DNA from: an uncultured delta proteobacterium
GTDB taxonomy: Bacteria; Desulfobacterota; RBG-13-43-22
Assembly (NCBI GenBank): GCA_963711835.1
Contig: CAVQFQ010000016.1
Span: 32,001 to 96,000, forward strand
DNA: 64,000 nucleotides
Direction of reading: 5' to 3'
Shown: one piece after another, positions 1-10,066 of the stretch
Layout: each line of letters starts with the position of its first letter
Numbering within the stretch: position 1 is the first letter of the stretch
Made by a program: the position numbers and the translations under genes
Notes under the pieces: generated by a model
Databases searched by the model: none
Seen by the model: only the letters and a program-made list of their open reading frames with translations
Told to the model about the DNA's origin: nothing

Positions 1-496
1 GGGTGACTTTGGTACCTTTCGGACCCCGTATCAATCGAACGGCATCGTTTAAGGTCATATTTTTAGTGATCTTGTCTTCTATCTGCAGGATCTTGTCCCC
101 CGGGAGCAAACCGGCTTTGTCGGCCGGGGTTCCTTCAATGGGGGAGACCACGGTCAGCAGGCCGTCTTTAAGGGTGATCTCGATCCCTATCCCGCTGAAT
201 ATGCCGGTGGTTTCGATCTCCAACTCTTTAAATTCTTCAGGGCTCAGAAAGACGGAATGGGGATCCAGGGTGTTCATCATGCCTTTAATCGCCCCGTAGA
301 TCAACTCCTTGGCATCTTTTTCCTCGACATACTTTTTCTGGATTTCATTGAGGGCTTCGCTAAACACCTTGATCCGCTGAAAGGTTTTTTCATTATCGGC
401 AGCGCCGATATCTCCCTTGCGATAATCCAGCAGGAAGAAAAGAGTTACAATCAGGATGATCAGCCCAAGATATCTTACCTTAAAAATTCTCGACAT
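1..496 (-). CDS. ctpA: S41 carboxyl-terminal processing protease, N-terminal part (runs off the window)
   Basis: Not in the ORF track. Manual translation from ATG 496: MSRIFKVRYLGLIILIVTLFFLL...GAIKGMMNTLDPHSVFL...GIGIEIT...VVSPIEGTPADKAGLLPGDKI...IRGPKGTKVT. LDPHS motif plus PDZ domain. Confidence 0.9.
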   Translation of the reverse strand, partial: MSRIFKVRYLGLIILIVTLFFLLDYRKGDIGAADNEKTFQRIKVFSEALNEIQKKYVEEKDAKELIYGAIKGMMNTLDPHSVFLSPEEFKELEIETTGIFSGIGIEITLKDGLLTVVSPIEGTPADKAGLLPGDKILQIEDKITKNMTLNDAVRLIRGPKGTKVT

Positions 497-517
497 ACCT
501 TCCCCCGAAAATAAGCA

Positions 518-1867
518 TTACCAGCCCCCCGTGGCCCTGGTGAGCCGGGCTTGGGCCAGATTATAGGCATATAAGGCCTGATAAAAGTTGTTTTTGGCCT
601 GGGTCAACAAAGTTTGAGCATCCAGGACCTCCAGGGAGGTCGCTACCTGTTCTTTATAGCGAAGCTCGCTGATCCGGTAATTTTCTTCCGCCTGTTGAAT
701 AGCCTTTTCGGCCACAGCGATGTTCTTTTCCGACTCTTGGAGACCGATGTGGGCTTCCTTCACTTCCAGGCGGACCAGATCCTTGATCTGAGTCAGGGCC
801 TCCTTAACCTGGTTCCATTGTTTGGTCCGTTCCTGGACCAGGTAATGGGTCCGCCCCCATTCCCAAAAATTCCAGCGCAGCCCGGCTGTAACATCCCAGT
901 TGGTCGGCTCCGTATAAGGGCTTCCGGAAACAGCCGGGGTATCTCCCTGCATTTTATAAGTGCCCTGGAAAAAGGCCTGAGGGTAATAGTCACTCTTGGC
1001 CAGGGCGATCTGCTTGTCGGCCATCACCATTTGGGTTTCCACTTCTTTAATCTCCGGCCGTTTCCTCTGAGCCTCCTCCTGACATTCTTCCAGGGACTTG
1101 GAGAAGGGCCGGTAGGTTAAGATATCCTCCAGGTCATTCATCTGCTCCAGAGAAAAGCGAAGCAGGTTATTTAGGCCGGCCTGGGTCAGGAGGACACCAT
1201 TCTCGGCCCGGACCAAATTTTGCTTGGCGCCGGCCAGTTCCACTTCGGATTTCAATAGATCATTTAAAGGAATGATCCCGACTTGATAAAATTGTTGAGC
1301 CACCCTGACGTGGTCGGTAATCTGAACCACACTCTGCTCAGCCACCCCTTTTCTCTTTTGGGTAATCAGGATATTAAAATAGGCCTCTTTTGTCTTATAG
1401 GCCAGAGAAAGCCGTTCCTGTTCGTATTTAATTCGGGAAATATCAACACCCAGGCCGGCCAATTCATAGGCCCGAGTCAGGGCGAATCCGGTAAAGAGAG
1501 GCTGATCCAGAACCAGGGAAAACTTGTAATTATCCTGGGTTCCAACGGTAAGGGGATAAGTCTCGATCGAATTCTGGAGGGGGACCCTGATAAAAGGCTC
1601 CTTATCCAGATAGGTATAACTATATTGGCTGGATAACTTGGGGAAAAACCCGGTTTGAGCCTGTTTTTTTTTGTATTCGGCGGCCCCAATCCCCTCCTGG
1701 GCCGATTTAAGAGCGGGGCTTTCCTTGAAAGCAATCTGGATACTTTTTTCTAAACTAAGGGTCTTTACGGGGGTCTCGGCCATGAGCCATCCCGCCCAGA
1801 AAATGAAAACCACACCAAGCCCCCAGATCCAGTTCCTCTGCCGTCCGTTCCTTTTAAGCCGGTTCAT
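518..1867 (-). CDS. TolC-family outer membrane efflux protein
   Basis: Signal peptide, two OEP-type repeats, C-terminal YxxGxxTxLEVLDAQ-like motif (RYKEQVATSLEVLDAQ). Confidence 0.9.
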   Translation of the reverse strand: MNRLKRNGRQRNWIWGLGVVFIFWAGWLMAETPVKTLSLEKSIQIAFKESPALKSAQEGIGAAEYKKKQAQTGFFPKLSSQYSYTYLDKEPFIRVPLQNSIETYPLTVGTQDNYKFSLVLDQPLFTGFALTRAYELAGLGVDISRIKYEQERLSLAYKTKEAYFNILITQKRKGVAEQSVVQITDHVRVAQQFYQVGIIPLNDLLKSEVELAGAKQNLVRAENGVLLTQAGLNNLLRFSLEQMNDLEDILTYRPFSKSLEECQEEAQRKRPEIKEVETQMVMADKQIALAKSDYYPQAFFQGTYKMQGDTPAVSGSPYTEPTNWDVTAGLRWNFWEWGRTHYLVQERTKQWNQVKEALTQIKDLVRLEVKEAHIGLQESEKNIAVAEKAIQQAEENYRISELRYKEQVATSLEVLDAQTLLTQAKNNFYQALYAYNLAQARLTRATGGW

Positions 1868-2108
1868 TTCCGTTCTTCGCCTATGATATTAGCATTATAG
1901 CCCGTTCCGAATTAAGTCAAGACAAATCTTGGAATTCCAGGATGGAAAGGGGAAATGACCCGGTAACTTTTTATTGACTTTTGTTTTTTTTTCTGTTTCT
2001 TACCCCTTAAGGGGGGTTAAAGGGCATCCCCCGGTACACGGTCACGGATAAACCTTCCCTAACCATTAACATCCCCCATCCGGGAATAATCAGAATCAGG
2101 GATTTCCT

Positions 2109-3329
2109 ATGGCTTTTTTTGGTGAAATCTTCCTCAGCGAAATACTCAACAAACCTGTTATCAACCAGAAAGGGGAAGAGTTGGGCAAGCTCCAGGATAT
2201 CCTGGTCATCCCGGGCAATCCCTTCCCTCAAGTCACCGGCCTATGGGTGGGGAAAAAAAAGGAAAGAAGGCTGATTCCCCTGGAATATTGTGATATTTTA
2301 AACAAAAAAGTGATTTCGGTCCGCGAATCGGAGACCCCTTTTTCTCCTTCTCCTCCACCGGAAGGCCAGATCCTGATCCGGGAACAACTCCTGGACCGCC
2401 AGATCGTAGATATGAATGGCGTCAAAGTGGTCCGGGTCAATGATATTAAGCTCGCTGAACTCCAAAATCAATATTGCCTGGTAGGGCTGGATGTCGGGGT
2501 CCATGGGCTTTTAAGGCGTATCGGGTTGGAGAGAAAAGGACTCGGCAGCCTGATCCCCTGGAGCTATGTTCAACCCCTGGAAGAGGGTCTGACCCAATTG
2601 ACCCTGACCTTATCCCGGCAGGGCCTGTCTCAACTGCACCCGGTGGACATTGCCGATATTATCTCCCAGATCTCCTCCAAGGAAAGGACCGTCATTCTGG
2701 ACTCCTTGGATAAGGAAACCGCCGGTGAAGCCCTCCATGAACTGGAGGCGGATATGCGGGTGGCCATTGTCGAACAGATGGATGTGGAAGAGGCGGCTGA
2801 TATCCTGGATGAAATGCAGCCCGATGAAGCGGCCGATATCCTGGGAGACCTTTCCTCCGAAAAGGCCAAGGCCATTTTAAATCGGATGGAAAAAGAGGAA
2901 GCCGCCGATGTGGAGGAACTCTTAGAACACGACGAAGATACCGCCGGGGGACTCATGACTACCGAATACCTGGCTTTCCCTCCCGAACAAACCACCGGCC
3001 AGGCCATCGACGAGATCCGGCGCCAGGCCCCGGAAACGGAGCTGATTTATTACGTGTATGTCGTCGATACCGAGGAGCATCTCCTGGGGGTCCTTTCACT
3101 CAAAGACCTGATCCTGGCCTCTCCTGAAAAATCGCTCCAGGAGATCATGCGCCCCAATCCCAAAAAAATCTCCCCGGAGGCCAACCAGAAAGACGTGGCC
3201 GAACTGGTCTCCAAATACAATCTGATCGCCGTTCCGGTGGTGGACGATGAAAACCATCTCCTCGGGGTTATCACGGTGGACGATATTTTGAATATCTTAC
3301 TTCCCTCCTCTTCCCTGAAACGGTATTAA
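2109..3329 (+). CDS. MgtE cytosolic-region protein (PRC-barrel, MgtE_N, CBS pair; no TM pore)
   Basis: LHPVDIADI, EMQPDEAADIL, DTAGGLMTTEY motifs and a CBS pair; no membrane helices. Confidence 0.85.
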   Translation: MAFFGEIFLSEILNKPVINQKGEELGKLQDILVIPGNPFPQVTGLWVGKKKERRLIPLEYCDILNKKVISVRESETPFSPSPPPEGQILIREQLLDRQIVDMNGVKVVRVNDIKLAELQNQYCLVGLDVGVHGLLRRIGLERKGLGSLIPWSYVQPLEEGLTQLTLTLSRQGLSQLHPVDIADIISQISSKERTVILDSLDKETAGEALHELEADMRVAIVEQMDVEEAADILDEMQPDEAADILGDLSSEKAKAILNRMEKEEAADVEELLEHDEDTAGGLMTTEYLAFPPEQTTGQAIDEIRRQAPETELIYYVYVVDTEEHLLGVLSLKDLILASPEKSLQEIMRPNPKKISPEANQKDVAELVSKYNLIAVPVVDDENHLLGVITVDDILNILLPSSSLKRY

Positions 3330-3333
3330 TCCC

Positions 3334-4581
3334 ATGAGCGGATCCTGGTTTTCTCTTGGCCGGAATAAATTTATTTTTTTCCTGGGGATCATCGGCCCGG
3401 GGATTATCACCGCCAATGTCGATAATGATGCCGGCGGAATCGCCACTTATTCCCTGGCCGGGGCCCACTTCGGGTACAGCCTGCTCTGGTCCCTTCTGCC
3501 CATTACCGTCCTGCTGATCATGGTTCAGGAAATGGTGGCCCGCATGGGGGTCGTGACCGGAAAGGGTCTTTCCGACCTGATTCGGGAGGAATTTGGGGTT
3601 AAGACCACCCTCCTGATGATGCTGGTCCTGTTATTCACCAACCTCGGCAACACCATAGCCGAATTTGCCGGACTGGCGGCCAGTCTGGAGATTTTCGGAA
3701 TCAGCAAGTACCTTTCCGTTCCCATTGGAGGCTTCCTGGTCTGGTGGCTGGTGGTCAAAGGCACCTATCGGACCGTGGAAAAAATTTTTCTGGCGGCCTG
3801 TGCCATCTATGTCTCCTATATCATTTCCGGATTTATGGCCCGGCCCGACTGGACCCAGGTCATTTCCGGCACCCTTAGGCCTACCATTGAGTGGGACCGT
3901 CATTATTTCCTGATGCTCATCGGCATCGTCGGGACCACTATCGCCCCCTGGATGCAATTCTATCAACAATCGGCCGTAGTCGAAAAAGGGATCCCGGTAG
4001 AGGAATACCGTCTGGCCCGCTGGGACGTCATCGTGGGCTGTCTTTTTGCCGTGCTGGTGGCCTTTTTTATCGTCATCTCCTGCGGGGCCACCCTGCATGT
4101 CAATCGGATCGAAATCCAAACCGCCGAGGATGCTGCCGTAGCCCTGGCCCCGCTGGCCGGCCGGTATGCCACTTGGCTTTTCGCCCTGGGCCTGGCCAAT
4201 GCCTCTCTCTTCGCCGCATCCATTCTGCCCCTGTCCACGGCCTTTTACATCTGCGAAGCCCTGGGCTGGGAGGCCGGGGTCAACAAGACCTTCAAAGAGG
4301 CCCCCCAATTCATGTGGCTTTACACCGGCATGATTTTTTTCGGAGGGGCGATCATCCTTATCCCCAGGATCCCGCTGATTCTGATTATGCTCCTGTCCCA
4401 GGTGCTCAACGGCATCCTTTTGCCTTTTATTCTGATTTTTATTTTGATGTTGATTAACCGCAGAAGAATTATGGGGAGCTACGTAAACGGACGCCTTTAT
4501 AATGCCATGTCTTGGATCGCCGTAGGCCTGCTGATTCTGATTACTTTTTTATTGGTCGGCGCCACCCTTCGGTTGTTCTAA
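3334..4581 (+). CDS. NRAMP-related divalent metal transporter, probably Mg2+-type (NRMT)
   Basis: GPGIITANVDNDAGGIATYS in TM1, GTTIAPWMQF in TM6, about 11 TM helices; 4 bp after the MgtE-domain gene. Confidence 0.85.
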   Translation: MSGSWFSLGRNKFIFFLGIIGPGIITANVDNDAGGIATYSLAGAHFGYSLLWSLLPITVLLIMVQEMVARMGVVTGKGLSDLIREEFGVKTTLLMMLVLLFTNLGNTIAEFAGLAASLEIFGISKYLSVPIGGFLVWWLVVKGTYRTVEKIFLAACAIYVSYIISGFMARPDWTQVISGTLRPTIEWDRHYFLMLIGIVGTTIAPWMQFYQQSAVVEKGIPVEEYRLARWDVIVGCLFAVLVAFFIVISCGATLHVNRIEIQTAEDAAVALAPLAGRYATWLFALGLANASLFAASILPLSTAFYICEALGWEAGVNKTFKEAPQFMWLYTGMIFFGGAIILIPRIPLILIMLLSQVLNGILLPFILIFILMLINRRRIMGSYVNGRLYNAMSWIAVGLLILITFLLVGATLRLF

Positions 4582-4625
4582 GGATTTTTCAGGGGAGGAA
4601 AATTTCAAAACTCTCCGGTTAGCTT

Positions 4626-5114
4626 TTAAGAAATAAAAAAAGGATATTCCGCCAGGAACTTCCCATCCAGAAAGAGTTGGGCCTTCCAGCCCCCGATAAA
4701 CTTCACTTCCCCGCCCGAAACATTGAGCATCCCTTTTTTGAAGGATAGCCAGGCCCAGGTCCGGTAGGAGGTATTTCCCGGAGGAACCGAAAAGGTAAAG
4801 CGCGTTGTTTCCTGAACCTTCTTATCGGGCCGTATCCAAAGGACCTTGACCTCATGACTGCCGGTCAGGCCTGTCCAGACGGTATGGAGATAGATACGGT
4901 CGGTCCGGGAAAAACTGGTAGCGGCGGCCAACCGGGTCAAATCTTTGCTCAAGAGGGTGGTGAAGGAGGATCTCGGCGGTTCCCCGTAGGCCGGACTCAG
5001 GAGCAGGTAGAAGGCCGTCAGGACAGCCAGGCCTCTTGGAAGGTTACTCCATCTCAGGAAGCGGATATTCAAAAGCCTCTTTAATGTAATAGATCGGTTT
5101 CCCCTGCGACTCAT
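4626..5114 (-). CDS. Hypothetical exported beta-sandwich protein (true start probably downstream of 5114)
   Basis: Signal-like LAVLTAFYLLLSPAYG, then W/Y-rich Ig-like pattern ending GGWKAQLFLDGKFLAEYPF; overlaps the GT2 3' end. Confidence 0.55.
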   Translation of the reverse strand: MSRRGNRSITLKRLLNIRFLRWSNLPRGLAVLTAFYLLLSPAYGEPPRSSFTTLLSKDLTRLAAATSFSRTDRIYLHTVWTGLTGSHEVKVLWIRPDKKVQETTRFTFSVPPGNTSYRTWAWLSFKKGMLNVSGGEVKFIGGWKAQLFLDGKFLAEYPFFIS

Positions 5115-6003
5115 GATAGGTCCGAACCTGCAGCTCCCCCAGCAATCCCATACTGATGAATTGAACCCCTATGAATATGAGCAGGATGGCTAAAAGAAGT
5201 ATGGGGCGGTTAGCCAGGGGGATGCCCAGGAATAAGCGCTGAAAGGTTAAATAACAGGCCAAAACGAATCCCGCCATTCCGGAGAGGATCCCCCAATATC
5301 CGAAGACATGGATCGGACGGGTGGAATAGGTTGCCAGAAATTTTACCGTAATTAAATCCAGAAGGACCCGGATGGTTCGGGATAGGCCGTACTTGGAACG
5401 CCCGAATTTACGGGGGCGGTGATGAACCGGGACCTCGGCCATGGTCACTCCCATCCAGCTGGCAATCGCCGGTATAAAACGATGCATCTCCCCATAGAGC
5501 CGGATGTTTTTGGCCACTTCTCTGGTAAAGGCCTTCAAGGTGCATCCATAATCATGAAGCTTGACGCCGGTAACCCAGGAAATCATCCTGTTGGCCACCG
5601 AAGAAGGCAGGCGCCGGGACCAAAACGGGTCCTGCCTCTTTTCCCGCCAGCCGCTGACCAGGTCGTACCCCTGCTGAATCTTGGCCACCAATTTGGGTAT
5701 ATCCTCAGGATCATTTTGGAGGTCGCCGTCCAGGGTAATAATGATCTTCCCTTCGGCCAGATCAAAGCCGGCCGAAAGGGCCGCTGTTTGACCAAAATTT
5801 CTCCGTAAGCGCACTGCTTTCCCCCGGGGAAGGCGGCTTATTTCTTTTTTCAACCCTTCGAAGGTTTGGTCCTGACTCCCATCGTCAATGCCGATCACCT
5901 CATAAGAAAGGCCGGTGCTGTTTACGACCCTCCGGAGTTCCTCGAAAAGCAAAGGGATATTTTGAGCCTCGTTATAACAGGGAATGATAATCGACAGATC
6001 CAA
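5044..6003 (-). CDS. GT2 polyprenyl-phosphate glycosyltransferase (ArnC/GtrB-like)
   Basis: IIPCYNE, DDGSQD, RNFGQTAAL, LDGDLQNDP, two C-terminal TM helices. Confidence 0.9.
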   Translation of the reverse strand: MDLSIIIPCYNEAQNIPLLFEELRRVVNSTGLSYEVIGIDDGSQDQTFEGLKKEISRLPRGKAVRLRRNFGQTAALSAGFDLAEGKIIITLDGDLQNDPEDIPKLVAKIQQGYDLVSGWREKRQDPFWSRRLPSSVANRMISWVTGVKLHDYGCTLKAFTREVAKNIRLYGEMHRFIPAIASWMGVTMAEVPVHHRPRKFGRSKYGLSRTIRVLLDLITVKFLATYSTRPIHVFGYWGILSGMAGFVLACYLTFQRLFLGIPLANRPILLLAILLIFIGVQFISMGLLGELQVRTYHESQGKPIYYIKEAFEYPLPEME

Positions 6004-6017
6004 GTTTTTTCCTTAGA

Positions 6018-6086
6018 TAGATTCCATCCGGAAATCGGGGGCTTCCGATTGAAGCCTTCAGCCGTCAGCAGACGGCAGTCGGCTAA
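6018..6086. repeat. MITE-like intergenic repeat, copy 1
   Basis: TCCATCCGGAAATC...TTCCGATTGAAGCCTTCAGCCGTCAGC closely matches the reverse complement of about 57768-57818. Confidence 0.6.
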
Positions 6087-6140
6087 CCCTTACACCCTAA
6101 CCAGAGGGCTGCCATAGCTTATGAAGTGTAGTAACAAAAA

Positions 6141-7103
6141 TCAAGGTCTATTTTTACCGAAAGAAAGGGGACGAGAACCCCGGAGATAAAAATAAGCCCC
6201 TGGAAGCCCGATGAGCAGGTTTCCTATATTCGAGGCCAGGCCGAGAGTAAAGGCCGTGGTTGTGGAAATTCCCAAAAAAGAGAAGAAGGTTATGAACAGC
6301 CCTTCCTGAATTCCAAACCCGCTCAAGGAGATGGGGATGCGGGCAAAAAATTGGGTCAAGGGGATGATCGGAACCAAATAATAAAAGGGCAGGGGCAGAC
6401 CCAGGGCCAGGATCAAAAAGTACATGGTCAGGATGGGCAGCAGTTGTTCCCCAAAGGACCAGAGAAAAAATTTCCCCAGGGCTTTAGGCTGGGTGCGGTA
6501 GAGGATAAAGGAAGAGCTGACTTGGGCGACCTTGGCCGCCCAGGGAAATCTGGCCAGGAGGTTGGTTAAGGCCGCCGGGCCGTCTCCGCGCATAAGGAGT
6601 ACCAGGGAAAGAATACCGGCGGAAAGAAAGATGCCCAAAAGCCACAAAAGGGTGCCGGGGAAATCGGGGACAAAAAAGAACAGCAATGGAATGACCATCA
6701 AAGCCATGACGGCCGAAGAAAGAAATCCGAGAAACCGTTCCATGATGATGGAAGAGATGACATCGACCCCTGCTTTGGAATTCTTTGAAAGTTCATAGGC
6801 GCGAACGGCGTCCCCCCCCAGGGAGGTAGGCAATAAATTCCCTAAGAGGGTCCCTTTAAAATAGACCCGAATGAGTTTTGCCCAGGAGCAGGGGATTTCT
6901 TTGGCCTCCAGAAGAATTTTCCATTTGGCGGCCATGATCAGACGATCCAAAAAATTAAGGGCAAAATACCCGAGCAGGTAAGGCCAGTACAGATTGCTTA
7001 GAAGATGGGTCAATTCCTTCTGGTTGACGAAACGGATAAGGAATGAAATGAGGAGAAGACTGATCAGGAGCCTTAGGCCGTATGTCTTTAATCTTGATTT
7101 CAT
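6141..7103 (-). CDS. Lysylphosphatidylglycerol synthase TM-domain (UPF0104) flippase-like membrane protein
   Basis: GNLLPTSLGGDAVRAY and PISLSGFGIQEG motifs, multiple TM helices. Confidence 0.85.
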   Translation of the reverse strand: MKSRLKTYGLRLLISLLLISFLIRFVNQKELTHLLSNLYWPYLLGYFALNFLDRLIMAAKWKILLEAKEIPCSWAKLIRVYFKGTLLGNLLPTSLGGDAVRAYELSKNSKAGVDVISSIIMERFLGFLSSAVMALMVIPLLFFFVPDFPGTLLWLLGIFLSAGILSLVLLMRGDGPAALTNLLARFPWAAKVAQVSSSFILYRTQPKALGKFFLWSFGEQLLPILTMYFLILALGLPLPFYYLVPIIPLTQFFARIPISLSGFGIQEGLFITFFSFLGISTTTAFTLGLASNIGNLLIGLPGAYFYLRGSRPLSFGKNRP

Positions 7104-7112
7104 GCCGGCAGG

Positions 7113-8972
7113 TCAGGCGAAGAACTTAGCGTGCCAGAGGCCCAGGTTAAACAAGGCCCAGAGGATATGATTGTGATTATGGGTTCGGGCCATATGCTCC
7201 TGAATGAGTTGCCGGATATGGGACCGATTCATATGGTCTTGAATGACCGGGGATTCGTTCAGCACCGTGGTCAAAGGTTGTTTGAGCCCTTCCCGCAACC
7301 AGTTCTTAACCGGAAGGCTATAGCCTTGTTTCCCCCGCCGAACGATTTGATCGGGCAGGAGGCCTTCCAGGGCCTTTCGAAAAATGGCCTTGGTTTGAAA
7401 GCCTTTCAACTTCCAGTTCCCCGGTAAAGAAGCGGCAAATTCTACGAAACGGTGATCCAGAAAAGGAACCCGTATTTCCAGGGCGTGGGCCATGCTCATT
7501 TTGTCCACTTTCATCAAAACCGAGTCCGGCATACTAAAACGCAAATCCAGATAGATTTCCCGATCGATCCGTTTTTCAAAGGAGAGCGGGGGCCGAAGGT
7601 CCCGCAGGGGCGCAAAAGGATCCATCAGGACCTGTTTTTTAAAACGGTCATTATATAAAAGCCGGTCCTGTTCCGGAGAAGAAAAATACTGCCATCTGAG
7701 ATGCCCCCCTTCCCCGGGCAAGTGGGATCCTTCGACAAACCTCTTAATCATGTTGACGGCCCCTTTTTTCTGAGGCCGGTCGGGCAGGCTTTCGACCAAA
7801 GGGTAAATCACTTTTTCCCGGAGGAGGCGGGGCAGCAGGCGGTAATAGGCATCGGCCTTGCTGGCTTTAAAGCGATCGTAACCGGCAAAGATCTCATCCC
7901 CCCCTTCCCCGGAGAGGCAAACCGTTACATGTTTCCTGGCCTCCCGGCAGACCAGGAAAAGGGGCAGGGCCGAGAGATCGGTCATAGGTTCATCCAGGTG
8001 CCAGACGGCTTCCTCCAGATCCTTCAGGGTAACCTCGGGGATCATCAGGACCGTATGCTTTGTTTTAAAGCGTTGAGCCACGATTTCAGCATAAGGGAGT
8101 TCGCTGAAGGAGGGATCGGGATAACCGATGGAGAAGGTCCTCAGGGGATCCACCCCCAATTCACGCATCAAGGCCACCAGGGTGCTGGAATCCAATCCCC
8201 CGGACAAAAAGACCCCCAGAGGGACATCGCTGATCAGGTGCTTCCGCACCGTTTCTTTCAAAAGGCTGCGCATTTCTTCCACGGCCTGGATCGGGCTCAG
8301 GTCGGTCCGTGGGGGCTTCAGGTCCCAATAGGGTTTTTCTTCCAATCCCCTATTGGAGTAGAGGAGGAGATGTCCTGGAGACAGCTTCCGGATCCCTTCA
8401 AACATGGTCAAAGGGCTGGGAACAAATTCATAGCCCAGATAAAAATAAAGGGCCTGCAGATTGACTTGGGGTTTTATCTCCGGGATCTGAAGCAGGGCCT
8501 TTATCTCTGAAGCAAAGGCCAGTTTCCCATCCTGATAATAATAATAAAGCGGTTTGATCCCCAAACGATCCCGGGCCAACAAAAGTTCTTTTTTTACTCC
8601 ATTCCAGAGCCCCAAGGCAAACATGCCCTGTAAATGATCCAGGCAGGCCTCTCCCCATTCCTCATAGCTGTGCAGAATGACCTCGGAATCCGATCGGCTC
8701 CGGAAGCGATGGCCCTTGGAAATTAATTCTTCTCTCAGTTCAATAAAGTTATAAATCTCCCCGTTGAATACCAGCTCCAGGGAACCGTCCTCATTGGTCA
8801 TAGGTTGACGGCCCCGTTCGGAAAGGTCGATGATGGATAAACGACGAAACCCCAGGGTAATCCCCTCGGCAGTAAAAAGGCCTTCCTGGTCCGGGCCCCG
8901 GTGTTTTAAAAGGCGGCAAAGCCTTTCGCCCAGGGTCTGATCCGACCAGTTAAATCCACAAATCCCGCACAC
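7113..8972 (-). CDS. asnB: Asparagine synthase (glutamine-hydrolysing)-family amidotransferase
   Basis: N-terminal (M)CGICG, HRGPD, RLSIID, FNGEIYN, FLSGGLDSS, SGEGGDE. Confidence 0.92.
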   Translation of the reverse strand: MCGICGFNWSDQTLGERLCRLLKHRGPDQEGLFTAEGITLGFRRLSIIDLSERGRQPMTNEDGSLELVFNGEIYNFIELREELISKGHRFRSRSDSEVILHSYEEWGEACLDHLQGMFALGLWNGVKKELLLARDRLGIKPLYYYYQDGKLAFASEIKALLQIPEIKPQVNLQALYFYLGYEFVPSPLTMFEGIRKLSPGHLLLYSNRGLEEKPYWDLKPPRTDLSPIQAVEEMRSLLKETVRKHLISDVPLGVFLSGGLDSSTLVALMRELGVDPLRTFSIGYPDPSFSELPYAEIVAQRFKTKHTVLMIPEVTLKDLEEAVWHLDEPMTDLSALPLFLVCREARKHVTVCLSGEGGDEIFAGYDRFKASKADAYYRLLPRLLREKVIYPLVESLPDRPQKKGAVNMIKRFVEGSHLPGEGGHLRWQYFSSPEQDRLLYNDRFKKQVLMDPFAPLRDLRPPLSFEKRIDREIYLDLRFSMPDSVLMKVDKMSMAHALEIRVPFLDHRFVEFAASLPGNWKLKGFQTKAIFRKALEGLLPDQIVRRGKQGYSLPVKNWLREGLKQPLTTVLNESPVIQDHMNRSHIRQLIQEHMARTHNHNHILWALFNLGLWHAKFFA

Positions 8973-9172
8973 CTAAGCTATCCTTTTCTGAAATTATTGG
9001 AAGGAAGGGGGCATCGGCAGGCACGATCCCGAGACAACGCTTCTCCTCAAACCAGTTGCAAACTTCCCTTATAAATGACATAGTAGCGATAGTTTTTTAT
9101 AGTTTTATTAGAATTTTTTGTAAAGGTTAAAATTGGATAAGCCCCGACGGTTATTTTGAGAAAACGCCGCTT

Positions 9173-10036
9173 ATGGATCCTGATTTGGAATTTCAGAAAG
9201 AGTTTGCTCCCTCGGACACCTCTCTGATCGTAGCCGATGCCCATGTCCATATCTATGATTGTTATGACCTCAGGGATTTTTTCGATCGGGCCCTCAAAAA
9301 CCTGAAAACGGCCTTTCGGAAAGGAGCGATCCGGACCGGGTTCACCGGCCTGCTTTTTTTGACCGATACCGGAAACCCCTCCTGGTTCGAAAGGCTGTCC
9401 GTAATGGCCCGGGGGGAGAAGGATTCCGGCCCGGCGGGTATGGGGAACTGGGCATTACACCCCACCCGGGAAGACGAATCCCTGTTCGTTGGTCAAAAAC
9501 CCGGGGAAGGGTTTTTTATTATTGCCGGCCGTCAAATAAGAACCGTTGAAAAGTTGGAGCTGCTGGCCCTGGCAACACGGGAAACTTTTCAAGAGGGGCT
9601 GTCCATTGAAGAATTGATCCTGACGGTCAGCCGAAGAGGGGGGATCCCGGTCATCCCCTGGGCCTTTGGGAAATGGTGGGGCCAAAGAGGGAAGACCATC
9701 CGGGCTCTCTTAAAAAAAGGGGGGTTCCCTGGCCTGTTTTTAGGTGACAACAGGAACCGGCTTATAGGCTGGCCCCGTTCCCCTCTTTTTAGAGAAGCCG
9801 AAAAGCAGGGTATCCCCACCCTGCCGGGAAGTGATCCCCTCCCCTACCCGGATGAAGTGAGCTACCCCGGCAGCTTTGGTTTTATGATCCGGGGGTCCGT
9901 CAGCCCGGATTTTCCGGCCAGGGATATTAAAAGAATCCTTGGCGATTTAAAAACGAGTCCGACTCCTTACGGGTCCTCTGACAGCCCCATTCATTTTTTT
10001 TTGAATCAGCTCCGGCTGCGCTTGGCCGCATCCTGA
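9173..10036 (+). CDS. PHP-like metal-binding hydrolase, hypothetical
   Basis: DAHVH, LTD and GSD motifs as in PHP-fold proteins. Confidence 0.6.
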   Translation: MDPDLEFQKEFAPSDTSLIVADAHVHIYDCYDLRDFFDRALKNLKTAFRKGAIRTGFTGLLFLTDTGNPSWFERLSVMARGEKDSGPAGMGNWALHPTREDESLFVGQKPGEGFFIIAGRQIRTVEKLELLALATRETFQEGLSIEELILTVSRRGGIPVIPWAFGKWWGQRGKTIRALLKKGGFPGLFLGDNRNRLIGWPRSPLFREAEKQGIPTLPGSDPLPYPDEVSYPGSFGFMIRGSVSPDFPARDIKRILGDLKTSPTPYGSSDSPIHFFLNQLRLRLAAS

Positions 10037-10066
10037 TTGGACGGCACGCGGCAGGGAACCTCCGGC

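Noticed and set aside
1890-2108. M-box (ykoK) riboswitch upstream of the Mg transporter
   Set aside because: The conserved M-box core sequence is not visible.
7113-8972. AsnB as the lasso cyclase partner of the PqqD/kinase pair
   Set aside because: It has an intact N-terminal Cys glutaminase domain, sits among glycosylation genes and is about 54 kb away.
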